Assembly: GCA_964521105.1 (NCBI GenBank)
Contig: CAZFPO010000006.1
Span: 2,822-66,821 of the forward strand
Length of the DNA: 64,000 nt
Source: an uncultured Lentimicrobiaceae bacterium
GTDB taxonomy: Bacteria; Bacteroidota; Bacteroidia; Bacteroidales; WCHB1-69
Reading direction: 5' to 3'
In this document: in pieces, positions 20,149 through 29,276 of the stretch
How the letters are laid out: every line of letters begins with the position of its first letter
How positions within the stretch are numbered: the stretch's first letter is position 1
Made by a program: the position numbers and the translations under genes
Notes under the pieces: generated by a model
Told to the model about the DNA's origin: nothing
Databases searched by the model: none
What the model saw: only the letters and a program-made list of their open reading frames with translations

Positions 20149-22161
20149 TTGAATTTTAAATTAGTTTCGGAATATAAACCCACAGGCGATCAGCCCGAAG
20201 CTATCGAGCAATTAGTTGCTGGAGTTATACGTGGCGACCGTTATCAAACATTACTAGGAGTTACTGGTTCAGGTAAAACATTTACCATAGCTAATGTTAT
20301 CGAAAAACTCAATAGACCAACATTGATTATGAGCCATAATAAAACTTTGGCTGCTCAACTTTATAGCGAGTTTAAAAATTTTTTTCCTGAAAATGCAGTC
20401 GAATACTTTGTTTCATATTACGATTATTATCAGCCCGAAGCATTTATTCCTTCAACAAACACATACATCGAAAAAGATCTTTCAATAAATGAAGAGTTGG
20501 AAAAAATGCGACTGAGTGTTACTACTGCCTTGCTTTCGGGTAGGCGAGATGTAATTGTAGTGTCTTCGGTTTCGTGTATTTATGGAATTGGTAACCCTGA
20601 GGATTTTAGAAAAAATGTTATTACAATTCAAGTAGGTCAAAAGTATCCTCGAAATAAATTTTTGTTAGATTTAGTAAATAGCCTCTATTCGCGAACCGAA
20701 GCTGTTTTTAAGCCTGGTAATTTCAGAGTCAAAGGCGATACGGTTGATGTTTTTCCAGCGTATACTGATTTAGCTTATCGCATTATTTTTTGGGATGATG
20801 AAATTGAATCGATTGATTCGTTTGAGCCTTCAAAAGGCTATAATATTGCAAAAAATGATAGTTTAAGTATTTATCCGGCTAATATTTTTGTTACTTCGCA
20901 GGATATGGTTAACGTTGCTCTTCACGAAATTCAAGTAGATTTAAAAGCTCAGGTCGATTTTTTTACTGAAAATGGGAAGCCTCTCGAAGCAAAACGACTC
21001 GAAGATAGGGTTACTTATGATATTGAAATGATAAAAGAGTTAGGTTATTGTTCGGGTATCGAAAACTATTCGAGGTATTTCGACCGTAGAGCACCTGGAA
21101 CTCGTCCTTTTTGTTTAATCGATTTTTTCCCCAATGATTTTCTGACTGTAGTTGACGAAAGCCATGTTACTGTTTCACAAATTCGAGCTATGTATGGAGG
21201 CGACCGTTCACGAAAAATTAATTTGGTGGATTATGGTTTTCGTTTACCTGCAGCTATGGATAACCGACCATTGACTTTTGATGAATACGAAGCGATGGTT
21301 AATCAATTTATATACGTTAGTGCTACCCCTGCCGATTATGAACTTGAAAAATGCGACGGAATTGTTGTAGAACAAGTTGTACGTCCTACGGGCTTGCTTG
21401 ATCCCATTATTGAAGTTCGTCCCTGTCAAAACCAAGTTGATGATTTATTAGATGAAATTGATAAGGTTGTTAAAGAAGGAGGAAGAGTTTTAGTTACAAC
21501 ATTAACTAAACGTTTAGCCGAAGAAATGTCAAAATACTTAATACGATTAAATATTTCCACCAAATATATTCATTCTGATGTGATAACATTGGATAGAGTT
21601 GAAATTTTGCAAGACTTGCGTTCGGGTGCGATAGATGTATTAGTTGGAGTTAATTTGTTGAGAGAAGGCTTGGATTTGCCTGAGGTATCATTAGTGGCAA
21701 TTTTAGATGCCGATAAAGAGGGTTTTTTGCGTTCGGAACGCTCTTTAACACAAACTGCTGGCAGAGCCGCACGAAATATTAATGGAAGAGTGATTTTTTA
21801 TGCCGATAAAATAACTCGTTCGATGCAAAAAACCATGGATGAAACCCAACGAAGAAGAGAAAAACAAATTTTATATAACATTAAAAATAACATTACTCCA
21901 ACCGGCATCCTAAAATCGTTGGAATCGCATTTGGGTGCTACGAGCAATAATAAAAAACAGGTGGCTCAAAAAGAATATGCATTAACTAATTTTCCAAATT
22001 TAGCTGCCGAAGAAAGTGGCTTAAAATTTAAAACGAAGCAACAACTCCAAAAAGAATTAAAACGCTTACAAAAAGAAATGGAAATATCCGTTAAGGAACT
22101 CAATTTTTTAGAAGCTGCAAAATTGCGAGACAGCATTAATGAGCTGAAAAAGTACTTATGA
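20149..22161 (+). CDS. uvrB: Excinuclease ABC subunit B
   Basis: 670 aa. TTG start preceded by GAGGAGG. YKPTGDQPEAI, GVTGSGKT, DESH, C-terminal UVR domain. Confidence 0.93.
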   Translation: MNFKLVSEYKPTGDQPEAIEQLVAGVIRGDRYQTLLGVTGSGKTFTIANVIEKLNRPTLIMSHNKTLAAQLYSEFKNFFPENAVEYFVSYYDYYQPEAFIPSTNTYIEKDLSINEELEKMRLSVTTALLSGRRDVIVVSSVSCIYGIGNPEDFRKNVITIQVGQKYPRNKFLLDLVNSLYSRTEAVFKPGNFRVKGDTVDVFPAYTDLAYRIIFWDDEIESIDSFEPSKGYNIAKNDSLSIYPANIFVTSQDMVNVALHEIQVDLKAQVDFFTENGKPLEAKRLEDRVTYDIEMIKELGYCSGIENYSRYFDRRAPGTRPFCLIDFFPNDFLTVVDESHVTVSQIRAMYGGDRSRKINLVDYGFRLPAAMDNRPLTFDEYEAMVNQFIYVSATPADYELEKCDGIVVEQVVRPTGLLDPIIEVRPCQNQVDDLLDEIDKVVKEGGRVLVTTLTKRLAEEMSKYLIRLNISTKYIHSDVITLDRVEILQDLRSGAIDVLVGVNLLREGLDLPEVSLVAILDADKEGFLRSERSLTQTAGRAARNINGRVIFYADKITRSMQKTMDETQRRREKQILYNIKNNITPTGILKSLESHLGATSNNKKQVAQKEYALTNFPNLAAEESGLKFKTKQQLQKELKRLQKEMEISVKELNFLEAAKLRDSINELKKYL

Positions 22162-23069
22162 AAACCATTGTGTATAATAAAATCGATAAATCAATTTTAT
22201 ATGCTTTGCTTGCAGTTATGTGTTGGTCAACTGTTGCCACTGCATTTAAAATTGCACTTTCGGGAATGAGTTTTTTGATGCTCCTTGAAATTTCAAGTTT
22301 TCTTGCTTCAATTTCATTACTGTTTATTCTCATTATAACAGGGAAAATTCAAAAAATTAAAAAACTGAGCTTGAAATCTACTTTCTTTTTGCTATTTAAA
22401 GGGGCTTTAAATCCTTTTTTGTATTACTTAATTTTATTTAAAGCGTACGATTTGCTGCCGGCTCAAGATGCTTTAATATTAAATTATACTTGGCCCATAA
22501 TTCTTGTGATTTTTTCAATCATTTTTTTAAAACAAAGGGTTTCAAAATTTGATATACCTTCGGTTGTTATTTCATTTTTGGGCGTAGTTTTAATTGCTAC
22601 TAAAGGTAACTTTTTTAATGTTGAATTTGTAAATGGTTTTGGTACTTTTTTGGCATTAATTAGCTCTGTTGTATGGGCTTTGTATTGGATTTTAAATTTA
22701 AAAACAAACGAAGATTCAATTTTGCAATTATTTATTGGTTTTAGTTCAGGTTTTTTGCTTACCTCTATTGTTGCTGTGTTTTTTCCTTCGGAGCTTTTCG
22801 TTCATTCATCAAATGCTTTATGGGCTGGTGTTTATGTTGGTTTGTTAGAAATGTGTTTTCCATTTTTGTTATGGCAATTAGCTCTAAAAAATGCCAAATC
22901 ATCGGCTAGTGTTAGTCGATTTATTTTTCTTTCACCTTTTTTATCATTAATATTTATCGCATTAATCCTTAATGAGAAAATTTTTATAAGCTCAATTATT
23001 GGTTTAATTTTGATAATTGGTGGAATTATTATTCAAAGCTTAGGACAAAAAAAGCATCGCTTATCTTAA
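22158..23069 (+). CDS. EamA/DMT family transporter
   Basis: 303 aa with about 10 TM helices in two repeats. Its start overlaps the uvrB stop (ATGA). Confidence 0.7.
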   Translation: MKTIVYNKIDKSILYALLAVMCWSTVATAFKIALSGMSFLMLLEISSFLASISLLFILIITGKIQKIKKLSLKSTFFLLFKGALNPFLYYLILFKAYDLLPAQDALILNYTWPIILVIFSIIFLKQRVSKFDIPSVVISFLGVVLIATKGNFFNVEFVNGFGTFLALISSVVWALYWILNLKTNEDSILQLFIGFSSGFLLTSIVAVFFPSELFVHSSNALWAGVYVGLLEMCFPFLLWQLALKNAKSSASVSRFIFLSPFLSLIFIALILNEKIFISSIIGLILIIGGIIIQSLGQKKHRLS

Positions 23070-23957
23070 AATTTGAATGTTTCCATACATCGAAACAGTT
23101 TTTTGACCATTGTTTACTTCTAAAATGTAAAAATAGGTTCCATCTGGAACATTATTCCCGTCCCAAGAATTGTTGTATTGATTTTGTTCAAAAACTTTTA
23201 CTCCGTTAGAATTTATTATAATTAATCTGTTTTTTGGAAATGATTCGATATTTTCAAAAACTAAATAATCGTTATAACCATCGCCATTTGGTGTGAAAAC
23301 GTTTGGACGTTTTAGTATGTCAACATTAATTGTTTCAATGGGTGTAGCGTTTTTTTCAGTATTTACTTCGCTAATTATAGTCTCACTGTTTTCAGTGTTT
23401 TCATGAATAACTTCGGTTTTATCAGTGGTTTCGTTATTAACAACTTCTGGCTTTGTTGTGTTGTTTGAAGTTGTTTCAGTAATGTTAATTGGATTAATGA
23501 TTTCGTGTTGAGTTTGAGCTATGCTTTGAGGAATTGTTGTTTCGGTTGATTGGGTGTTGGTAAATTCCTCTTTTGCATTATATGAATTAGTGTTATTGTT
23601 TGCAGGAGAAATAGAATTGGTGGAAATATTACTTGTATCGCTAGAGTTAATAATATTTTCAACCTTTGAATTATTTATATTTTCCTGTTTGGGGTAATAT
23701 ATTATTGTAGCAATAGTTGAAATGGTTGCCAGAGAAATTGCTGCTAAAACTATTTTACCCATCAAGCTATTAAAAAAATTACTTAGTCCGCTTTGTGGTA
23801 TTTGAGGATTGTTTGTAATTTGAGGTGTAGTAATAGGTAAATTATTAGCAATACTTTCCCAACATCTATCCGAAGGTATTTCGGAATAGTTTTTTAAAGT
23901 ATCGATAATATTATTTTCAGTAATTTTATTCATTATTATAATCTGTTTTGTAGCCAT
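23061..23957 (-). CDS. Putative anti-sigma factor with one TM helix, an N/T/S-rich linker and a T9SS type-B C-terminal sorting domain
   Basis: Immediately follows and overlaps the ECF sigma gene. TM segment IVLAAISLATISTIATIIYY. C-terminus VFTPNGDGYNDYLVFENIE...NNSWDGNNVPDGTYFYILEV...GNIQILR matches the gliding-motility C-terminal (type B CTD) signature. The start may be the internal ATG at 23933. Confidence 0.6.
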   Translation of the reverse strand: MATKQIIIMNKITENNIIDTLKNYSEIPSDRCWESIANNLPITTPQITNNPQIPQSGLSNFFNSLMGKIVLAAISLATISTIATIIYYPKQENINNSKVENIINSSDTSNISTNSISPANNNTNSYNAKEEFTNTQSTETTIPQSIAQTQHEIINPINITETTSNNTTKPEVVNNETTDKTEVIHENTENSETIISEVNTEKNATPIETINVDILKRPNVFTPNGDGYNDYLVFENIESFPKNRLIIINSNGVKVFEQNQYNNSWDGNNVPDGTYFYILEVNNGQKTVSMYGNIQILR

Positions 23958-24463
23958 TTTCGGGCTTTTGAAAATTGAGATTTTGAAGTTCCTTCAGATA
24001 GTCCGAGTTGTTCAGCTATTTCACGATGAGTGTATCCCTCAACCGCATATAAATTAAATATCATTCTATATCCTTCGGGCATAGAGTTAACTAATTTCAT
24101 AATGCGTTGAGCTTCCATTTTTTCAATTATTGTTTCTTGTTTTTCAATATCATTATTAACTTCTTCAATGTCTTGATGAAATCGGTATTTGCTGTTTGCT
24201 CTAAAATGACTAATGGAAGTATTAATCATAATTCTTTTCATCCAGCCTTCAAACGACCCATCTCCTTTATACATCGACAGTTTTTGAAATATTGTAGTAA
24301 ACCCCTCAATTAAAACATCTTCAGCATCTTCTTTTGAGTTTGTGTAGCGGATGCAAACTCCCATTAATTTTGAAGAATATTTGTCGTATAACTGTTTTTG
24401 TGCTATACGATTGTTTTTTAAACATTCTTGAATGAGAGTTTCATCTGTTAACATTTCAATCAC
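23936..24463 (-). CDS. ECF-type RNA polymerase sigma-70 factor
   Basis: 175 aa. Region 2 (DAEDVLIEGFTTIF) and region 4 HTH (YTHREIAEQLGLSEGTSKSQFSKARKWL). Confidence 0.88.
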   Translation of the reverse strand: MIEMLTDETLIQECLKNNRIAQKQLYDKYSSKLMGVCIRYTNSKEDAEDVLIEGFTTIFQKLSMYKGDGSFEGWMKRIMINTSISHFRANSKYRFHQDIEEVNNDIEKQETIIEKMEAQRIMKLVNSMPEGYRMIFNLYAVEGYTHREIAEQLGLSEGTSKSQFSKARKWLQNRL

Positions 24464-25700
24464 TGTTTTTATTAGACGAGCTTGTTTTTGTTTTCGTTGC
24501 TTTACTTTTTTTCTTTTTTATAAAAACAAACAGAGTAATGAAAAGCGTAAGTAAACAAAAATAGATAGAACGCTTAATTGTGGTTGCTTTTAAATTAATA
24601 GGGTTTGTTTTACTGAAAACATCTTTGCTTTTATAACGAAATAATGGATTTAGTAATAAGCGGGTATTGTCGCTAAAAAATATTTCGGTTCGTATATAAG
24701 TGTCGGTTTTTTTAAAAACATACTCAGCAATATTAGTATTAAAAACAGAATCTTTTAGAGTGCCATTTTGACCGTAGAAGTAAAATTTACGAGCATGTCT
24801 ATCGGTAACAACACGCATTAAAGTGTCTCCAATTAATTCAACGTTGTGGAGTTTTGGAATGTTTTGATGATATTTGATGTTATCATTAATATCGTCAGAA
24901 GGCATTGCTAACTCAACACCATAAGCAATCCCTTTTTGCAAATTAGTTAAAATTGAATCGGAGTTGTAAACACTGGATTGAATAAAAGTGCAACATCTAC
25001 CAAATAAAGTTGGATTAAAAATATCATGACAATCATCGTTTGCTAAAATAAAAGCAGGAATGCCAGCACTTAATACAGTATCCCACAAGTCAATTGAAAA
25101 TCGTAAATGATTCATCGCTTCAAATAACTGATATCCTCTAAGTAATTTTAGCTCGTCAGGAGTGTAAGAATTCATCATTCGAGGGTGATTCAAACATAGT
25201 ACGTTGCAATTTTCTTTTAGCGAATAAATGATATTTTGCTTGTGGTTAATATCTTGATAAAAAATGTAATCTTTCCATAACACATTTTTTGCACCCAACG
25301 ATAATTGATGTGTTTTGTTTATGTTAAATCCGTGTTCATAAGCCGTAATTAGATTGCAATTTGAATCGTTAAATTTTGATATTTTTTGATAATCAGAGAG
25401 TGAAATTAAATTGTAACCAAGAGATTTGTATTTCTTTAAAACCGAATCCTTATCATTTTTTCTGCCATCGGTAAAAAACGACCACGCATTGGAGTGTAAA
25501 TGAAAATTTCCTTTTAACCAATTGCTCGAATCGGTATTTTGATAAGGGTTATAGATATTGTTTCCGTTGAATGAAACAGGAGGTAAAAAATCATAAATAG
25601 GAGAAAGTATATAAATTATTGCTTGCCACACCAAAATAAGCGACACAATAATAAGAGGCAGGTATAAGATTTTTTTAAAAAATTTTACCACTTTATTCAT
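24456..25700 (-). CDS. Membrane-anchored PHP/CehA-like metal-dependent phosphoesterase (tentative)
   Basis: 414 aa with N- and C-terminal TM helices. His/Asp-rich motifs FHLHSNAW, YEHG, LNHP and NDDCHD resemble the PHP fold. The 3' end overlaps the sigma factor start. Confidence 0.35.
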   Translation of the reverse strand: MNKVVKFFKKILYLPLIIVSLILVWQAIIYILSPIYDFLPPVSFNGNNIYNPYQNTDSSNWLKGNFHLHSNAWSFFTDGRKNDKDSVLKKYKSLGYNLISLSDYQKISKFNDSNCNLITAYEHGFNINKTHQLSLGAKNVLWKDYIFYQDINHKQNIIYSLKENCNVLCLNHPRMMNSYTPDELKLLRGYQLFEAMNHLRFSIDLWDTVLSAGIPAFILANDDCHDIFNPTLFGRCCTFIQSSVYNSDSILTNLQKGIAYGVELAMPSDDINDNIKYHQNIPKLHNVELIGDTLMRVVTDRHARKFYFYGQNGTLKDSVFNTNIAEYVFKKTDTYIRTEIFFSDNTRLLLNPLFRYKSKDVFSKTNPINLKATTIKRSIYFCLLTLFITLFVFIKKKKSKATKTKTSSSNKNSD

Positions 25701-25782
25701 TTATTTGCTTTTTGTTCTATATTTACAATCAAAAGTAGTAAAATATTTTTGATAGCTCTCTTATCTATACAAAACTAACGGT

Positions 25783-27135
25783 ATGAAACAGGCAATAAAA
25801 ATTTTTTTAGTCGAAGATGACCCATATTATGCAAAATTATTACATTATCATTTAGGTGCAAATCCCGAAAACTATATTGAAGTTTTTGATAGTGGGAGCG
25901 AATTATTAAGTAATTTACATCGTAATCCGGATATAATATCGTTAGATTATGGGTTGCCTGATATTAATGGAAAAGATGTGTTAGATAAAATTAAAGAGTA
26001 TAACCCCGAATTACCAGTTATTATGGTGTCTGGACAAGGAGAATTAGCAGTAGCTGTTGACTTGTTTAAAGCAGGGGCACATGATTACATCATTAAAGGC
26101 GAGGATACCAAGGAGAGATTATGGAATTCAATAGAGCAAATAAAGGAAAAAATAGGGTTAAAAATTGAAATCCAGAATCTTCGAGCTCAGATTTCGGCAA
26201 AGTATAGACTAGAACGTATACAAGGAAATAGTGAGTCGTTTAAAAAAATGGCTTTCATGACAGAAACTGCCATAAAATCAAATCTTCCAGTTGTTATTTC
26301 GGGCGAAGCAGGAAGTGGTAAAGCTCTGATTGCAAAGGCAATACATTACAATTCAAGTAGGGCAGAAAAACCTTTTATCGTGTTTACCACATCAATTTAT
26401 AATGAAAAATCTTTTGAATTGGAATTGTTTGGGTTCGAAAAAGATGTAATTCCAGAACTTCCCTATCGAAAAATTGGAAAATTAGAAGAAGCTCATGGAG
26501 GTACATTGTATATTGAAGAGGTATGTAATTTAGATAGTAAAATCCAATTAAAAATTTTAAATTTTCTGCAAGAAAAAGAAATTTCACGAGTTGGTGGAAA
26601 AAGAAATATTAAGCTTGATGTCAGATTAATTGTTTCAACCAGCATGGATTTAGACAAAGAAGTTCAACTTGGCAATTTTAGAAAGGATTTATTTTACCGA
26701 ATAATCGGAATCCCCATTAGTGTTGCTCCTCTTCGCGAAAGAGGAAGCGATATTGTTGAAATTGCAAACAGACTGATAAACGATTATTGCATTGAAAATA
26801 ATATTAAAAAAGTAAAACTTATGCCCGATGCTCAAACCAAATTATTAAATTACTCATATCCAGGTAATGTAAGTGAACTGAAGTCGATTATTGAATTAGC
26901 AATAACCGTTTGTAATAAGGGTCAAATTAAAGCGGAGAATATTACATTTAATAATGTTAAAAGTAATTCTTTTTTGTTTTTTGAAGAAAAAACATTAGAT
27001 GAATACGAGCTTCAAATTATCAGACATTATTTATCCAAATACAATAATAACGTTAATATTGTTGCCGAAAAATTGAATGTTGCTAAATCAACAATTTATA
27101 GATTTTTAAAAAGATGTAATAGCAGTTTAAAATAA
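25783..27135 (+). CDS. Response regulator with an NtrC-type AAA+ domain and a Fis-type HTH. The sigma-54 contact motif is degenerate.
   Basis: 450 aa. Receiver domain (DDPYY...SLDYGLPDING), Walker A GEAGSGK, C-terminal HTH VAEKLNVAKSTIYRFL. GAFTGA is replaced by DVIPEL. Confidence 0.75.
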   Translation: MKQAIKIFLVEDDPYYAKLLHYHLGANPENYIEVFDSGSELLSNLHRNPDIISLDYGLPDINGKDVLDKIKEYNPELPVIMVSGQGELAVAVDLFKAGAHDYIIKGEDTKERLWNSIEQIKEKIGLKIEIQNLRAQISAKYRLERIQGNSESFKKMAFMTETAIKSNLPVVISGEAGSGKALIAKAIHYNSSRAEKPFIVFTTSIYNEKSFELELFGFEKDVIPELPYRKIGKLEEAHGGTLYIEEVCNLDSKIQLKILNFLQEKEISRVGGKRNIKLDVRLIVSTSMDLDKEVQLGNFRKDLFYRIIGIPISVAPLRERGSDIVEIANRLINDYCIENNIKKVKLMPDAQTKLLNYSYPGNVSELKSIIELAITVCNKGQIKAENITFNNVKSNSFLFFEEKTLDEYELQIIRHYLSKYNNNVNIVAEKLNVAKSTIYRFLKRCNSSLK

Positions 27136-27173
27136 TTTAGGTAATATTGTAATTATATTGCTGTAAATTTGTA

Positions 27174-27842
27174 ATGATTATGAAAGCGATTGACATAACT
27201 ACAAAAGGTATTACTCCTTTAAAGACCTCTGATAAAGGCGATTATGCCATTAGAATGATGGAGGAATGTAAGGTTTCGCATTTGCCAATTGTAAATAATG
27301 AGGATTTTCTGGGATTAATTTCTGAAGCCGATATTTTAAGCGAAAATAATATACAACTTGCAATTGGGGCTTATACGCTCTCATTAAACCGAGTTTCGGT
27401 GTTTGAATCGCAGCACATTTATGATGTGTTTAAAATATTTAGTGAATCGAAATTAACGGTATTGCCAGTTTTAAATGGGAAAAACCACTATTTAGGTGTT
27501 ATTACACTAGCAGATCTTTGTCATTCAATATCCCAATTAACCGCAGTTTCAAACCCTGGGGCTGTGGTTGTTCTCGAAATGTTTGCTCACGATTATTTAC
27601 TTTCTCAAATTGCAAACATTGTTGAGTCTAATGATGCTAAAATTTTAAGTGTTTATATTCATAGTAATATCGATTCTACAAAAATGGAAGTAATTTTGAA
27701 AATTAATAAAAACGATATTTCTTCTATCATTCCAACGTTTAATAGGTTTAATTATATTGTAAAAGAATCGTTTTCGGAAAGTGAATATTTTGACATGCTT
27801 AATACGAAATACGACGAATTTATGACCTGGTTAAACATATAG
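27174..27842 (+). CDS. CBS domain pair protein
   Basis: 222 aa with two CBS-like modules (VSHLPIVNNEDFLGLISEADIL and LTVLPVLNGKNHYLGVITLADL). Confidence 0.65.
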   Translation: MIMKAIDITTKGITPLKTSDKGDYAIRMMEECKVSHLPIVNNEDFLGLISEADILSENNIQLAIGAYTLSLNRVSVFESQHIYDVFKIFSESKLTVLPVLNGKNHYLGVITLADLCHSISQLTAVSNPGAVVVLEMFAHDYLLSQIANIVESNDAKILSVYIHSNIDSTKMEVILKINKNDISSIIPTFNRFNYIVKESFSESEYFDMLNTKYDEFMTWLNI

Positions 27843-27855
27843 GAAGGCTTGTTTA

Positions 27856-29271
27856 ATGACCAATGCTTCCATTTATTTATCTGTTTTATTTTGTTTTTTA
27901 ACTTCTTTTGATTTGTTTTCACAAAGTGAAAGTAATAAAAGTGTACGAATACATGATGTTCAATTGTCTGGAAACAAGCGAACTAAGGAATATGTGATAC
28001 TGCGTGAAATTGAGTTTAAAAAGGGAGATACTTTAAAATGTGACGAATTTAATTATAAATTGGGAAAAAGTATCCAAAATATTCAAAACACTTCGCTCTT
28101 TAACTTTGTTGAAATAAATGTTGATACTCTTCAAGAAAATGTTTTTGATATAAAAGTATTTCTTGTTGAACGATGGTATATTTGGCCCTTCGCGATGATT
28201 AAATCTGCCGAAAATAATTTTAATTATTGGTGGATTGACAAAAATCTCAACCATCTTACATTATCCATGTTTATCGTTGATTTGAATTTTAGAGGAGCTC
28301 GCGAGCAATTATTATTAAAATCAAATGTTGGCTTTGACAATGGAATTGGTTTTACATATTCAATTCCATATATTAATAAAAAAAAGACAATTGGGCTAAT
28401 GTTTGACAATTATTGGTCGAAAAATCACGAAGTTATTATTGGAATAAATGATTATAAAAATAGTTTTTATCGGATTAATAATACCCCTTTAATCGAAAAT
28501 TTTAGCAGTAGCATAAGTTTTATCTATCGTCCTGCTTTTAGGCTTAGCGAGCAGTTTTCAATTACTTACAACTACTTTTCATTTAATGATACTATTTTTA
28601 CACAAAATCCCTTTTATGCGCCCAATAATAAACTCCAATATCTATCTTTTTTCTCAAAATTTAAAATTGATTATCGCGATAATAAAGCATATCCATTAAA
28701 AGGTTTTTATGCCGATTTAATTTTGCTTCAATCGGGAATTAACATTTTATCGAAAGAGAATATTTATAAATCATCGCTTCAAACGAATTTTAGATTTTAT
28801 CATTCATTCAATAACAGGTTTCATTCTGCTCATGGAATAAATGCTTATGTTTCATCAACCGATACTCGTTCCGAATTTTTAGGTACTTGTATCGGTAACA
28901 ATAATCATGAAATTAGGGGGTATGAAAATTATAGAATTCCTATAAAAAATTATATTATCTTAAAAAACAATATAGGGTTTACCCTGATTAAAAAAACAAA
29001 AAAACAATTGCCTTTTATAAAATCTGAGAATATTGGATTAATTCACTATGCATTGTATGTTAATGCTTTTATTGACGCTGCTTTAATTTCGGAAGATGAA
29101 AAAAGAAGTAGTTTTTTATTTCTTACAAAACCTTCACAAAATTTATTTTATAGCAGTGGAGTGGGTTTTGATTTTGTAACGTATTACGATATGGTATTTA
29201 GATTTGAAATGAGTCGAAATTTTTTGTTTAATAAATGGGGATTTTTTGTAAATTTAAAGGCTTCAATTTAA
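27856..29271 (+). CDS. Omp85/BamA-family outer membrane protein with a single POTRA domain
   Basis: 471 aa. Signal peptide, POTRA-like IHDVQLSGNKRTKEYVILREIEFKKGD, beta-barrel-like remainder. Confidence 0.55.
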   Translation: MTNASIYLSVLFCFLTSFDLFSQSESNKSVRIHDVQLSGNKRTKEYVILREIEFKKGDTLKCDEFNYKLGKSIQNIQNTSLFNFVEINVDTLQENVFDIKVFLVERWYIWPFAMIKSAENNFNYWWIDKNLNHLTLSMFIVDLNFRGAREQLLLKSNVGFDNGIGFTYSIPYINKKKTIGLMFDNYWSKNHEVIIGINDYKNSFYRINNTPLIENFSSSISFIYRPAFRLSEQFSITYNYFSFNDTIFTQNPFYAPNNKLQYLSFFSKFKIDYRDNKAYPLKGFYADLILLQSGINILSKENIYKSSLQTNFRFYHSFNNRFHSAHGINAYVSSTDTRSEFLGTCIGNNNHEIRGYENYRIPIKNYIILKNNIGFTLIKKTKKQLPFIKSENIGLIHYALYVNAFIDAALISEDEKRSSFLFLTKPSQNLFYSSGVGFDFVTYYDMVFRFEMSRNFLFNKWGFFVNLKASI

Positions 29272-29276
29272 AAGAT

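Noticed and set aside
29235-29276. Upstream extension of nadK (MGIFCKFKGFNLKD)
   Set aside because: It overlaps the 3' end of the Omp85-like gene and does not resemble NAD kinase N-termini. ATG 29277 gives MTKKTFAIY, a typical start.
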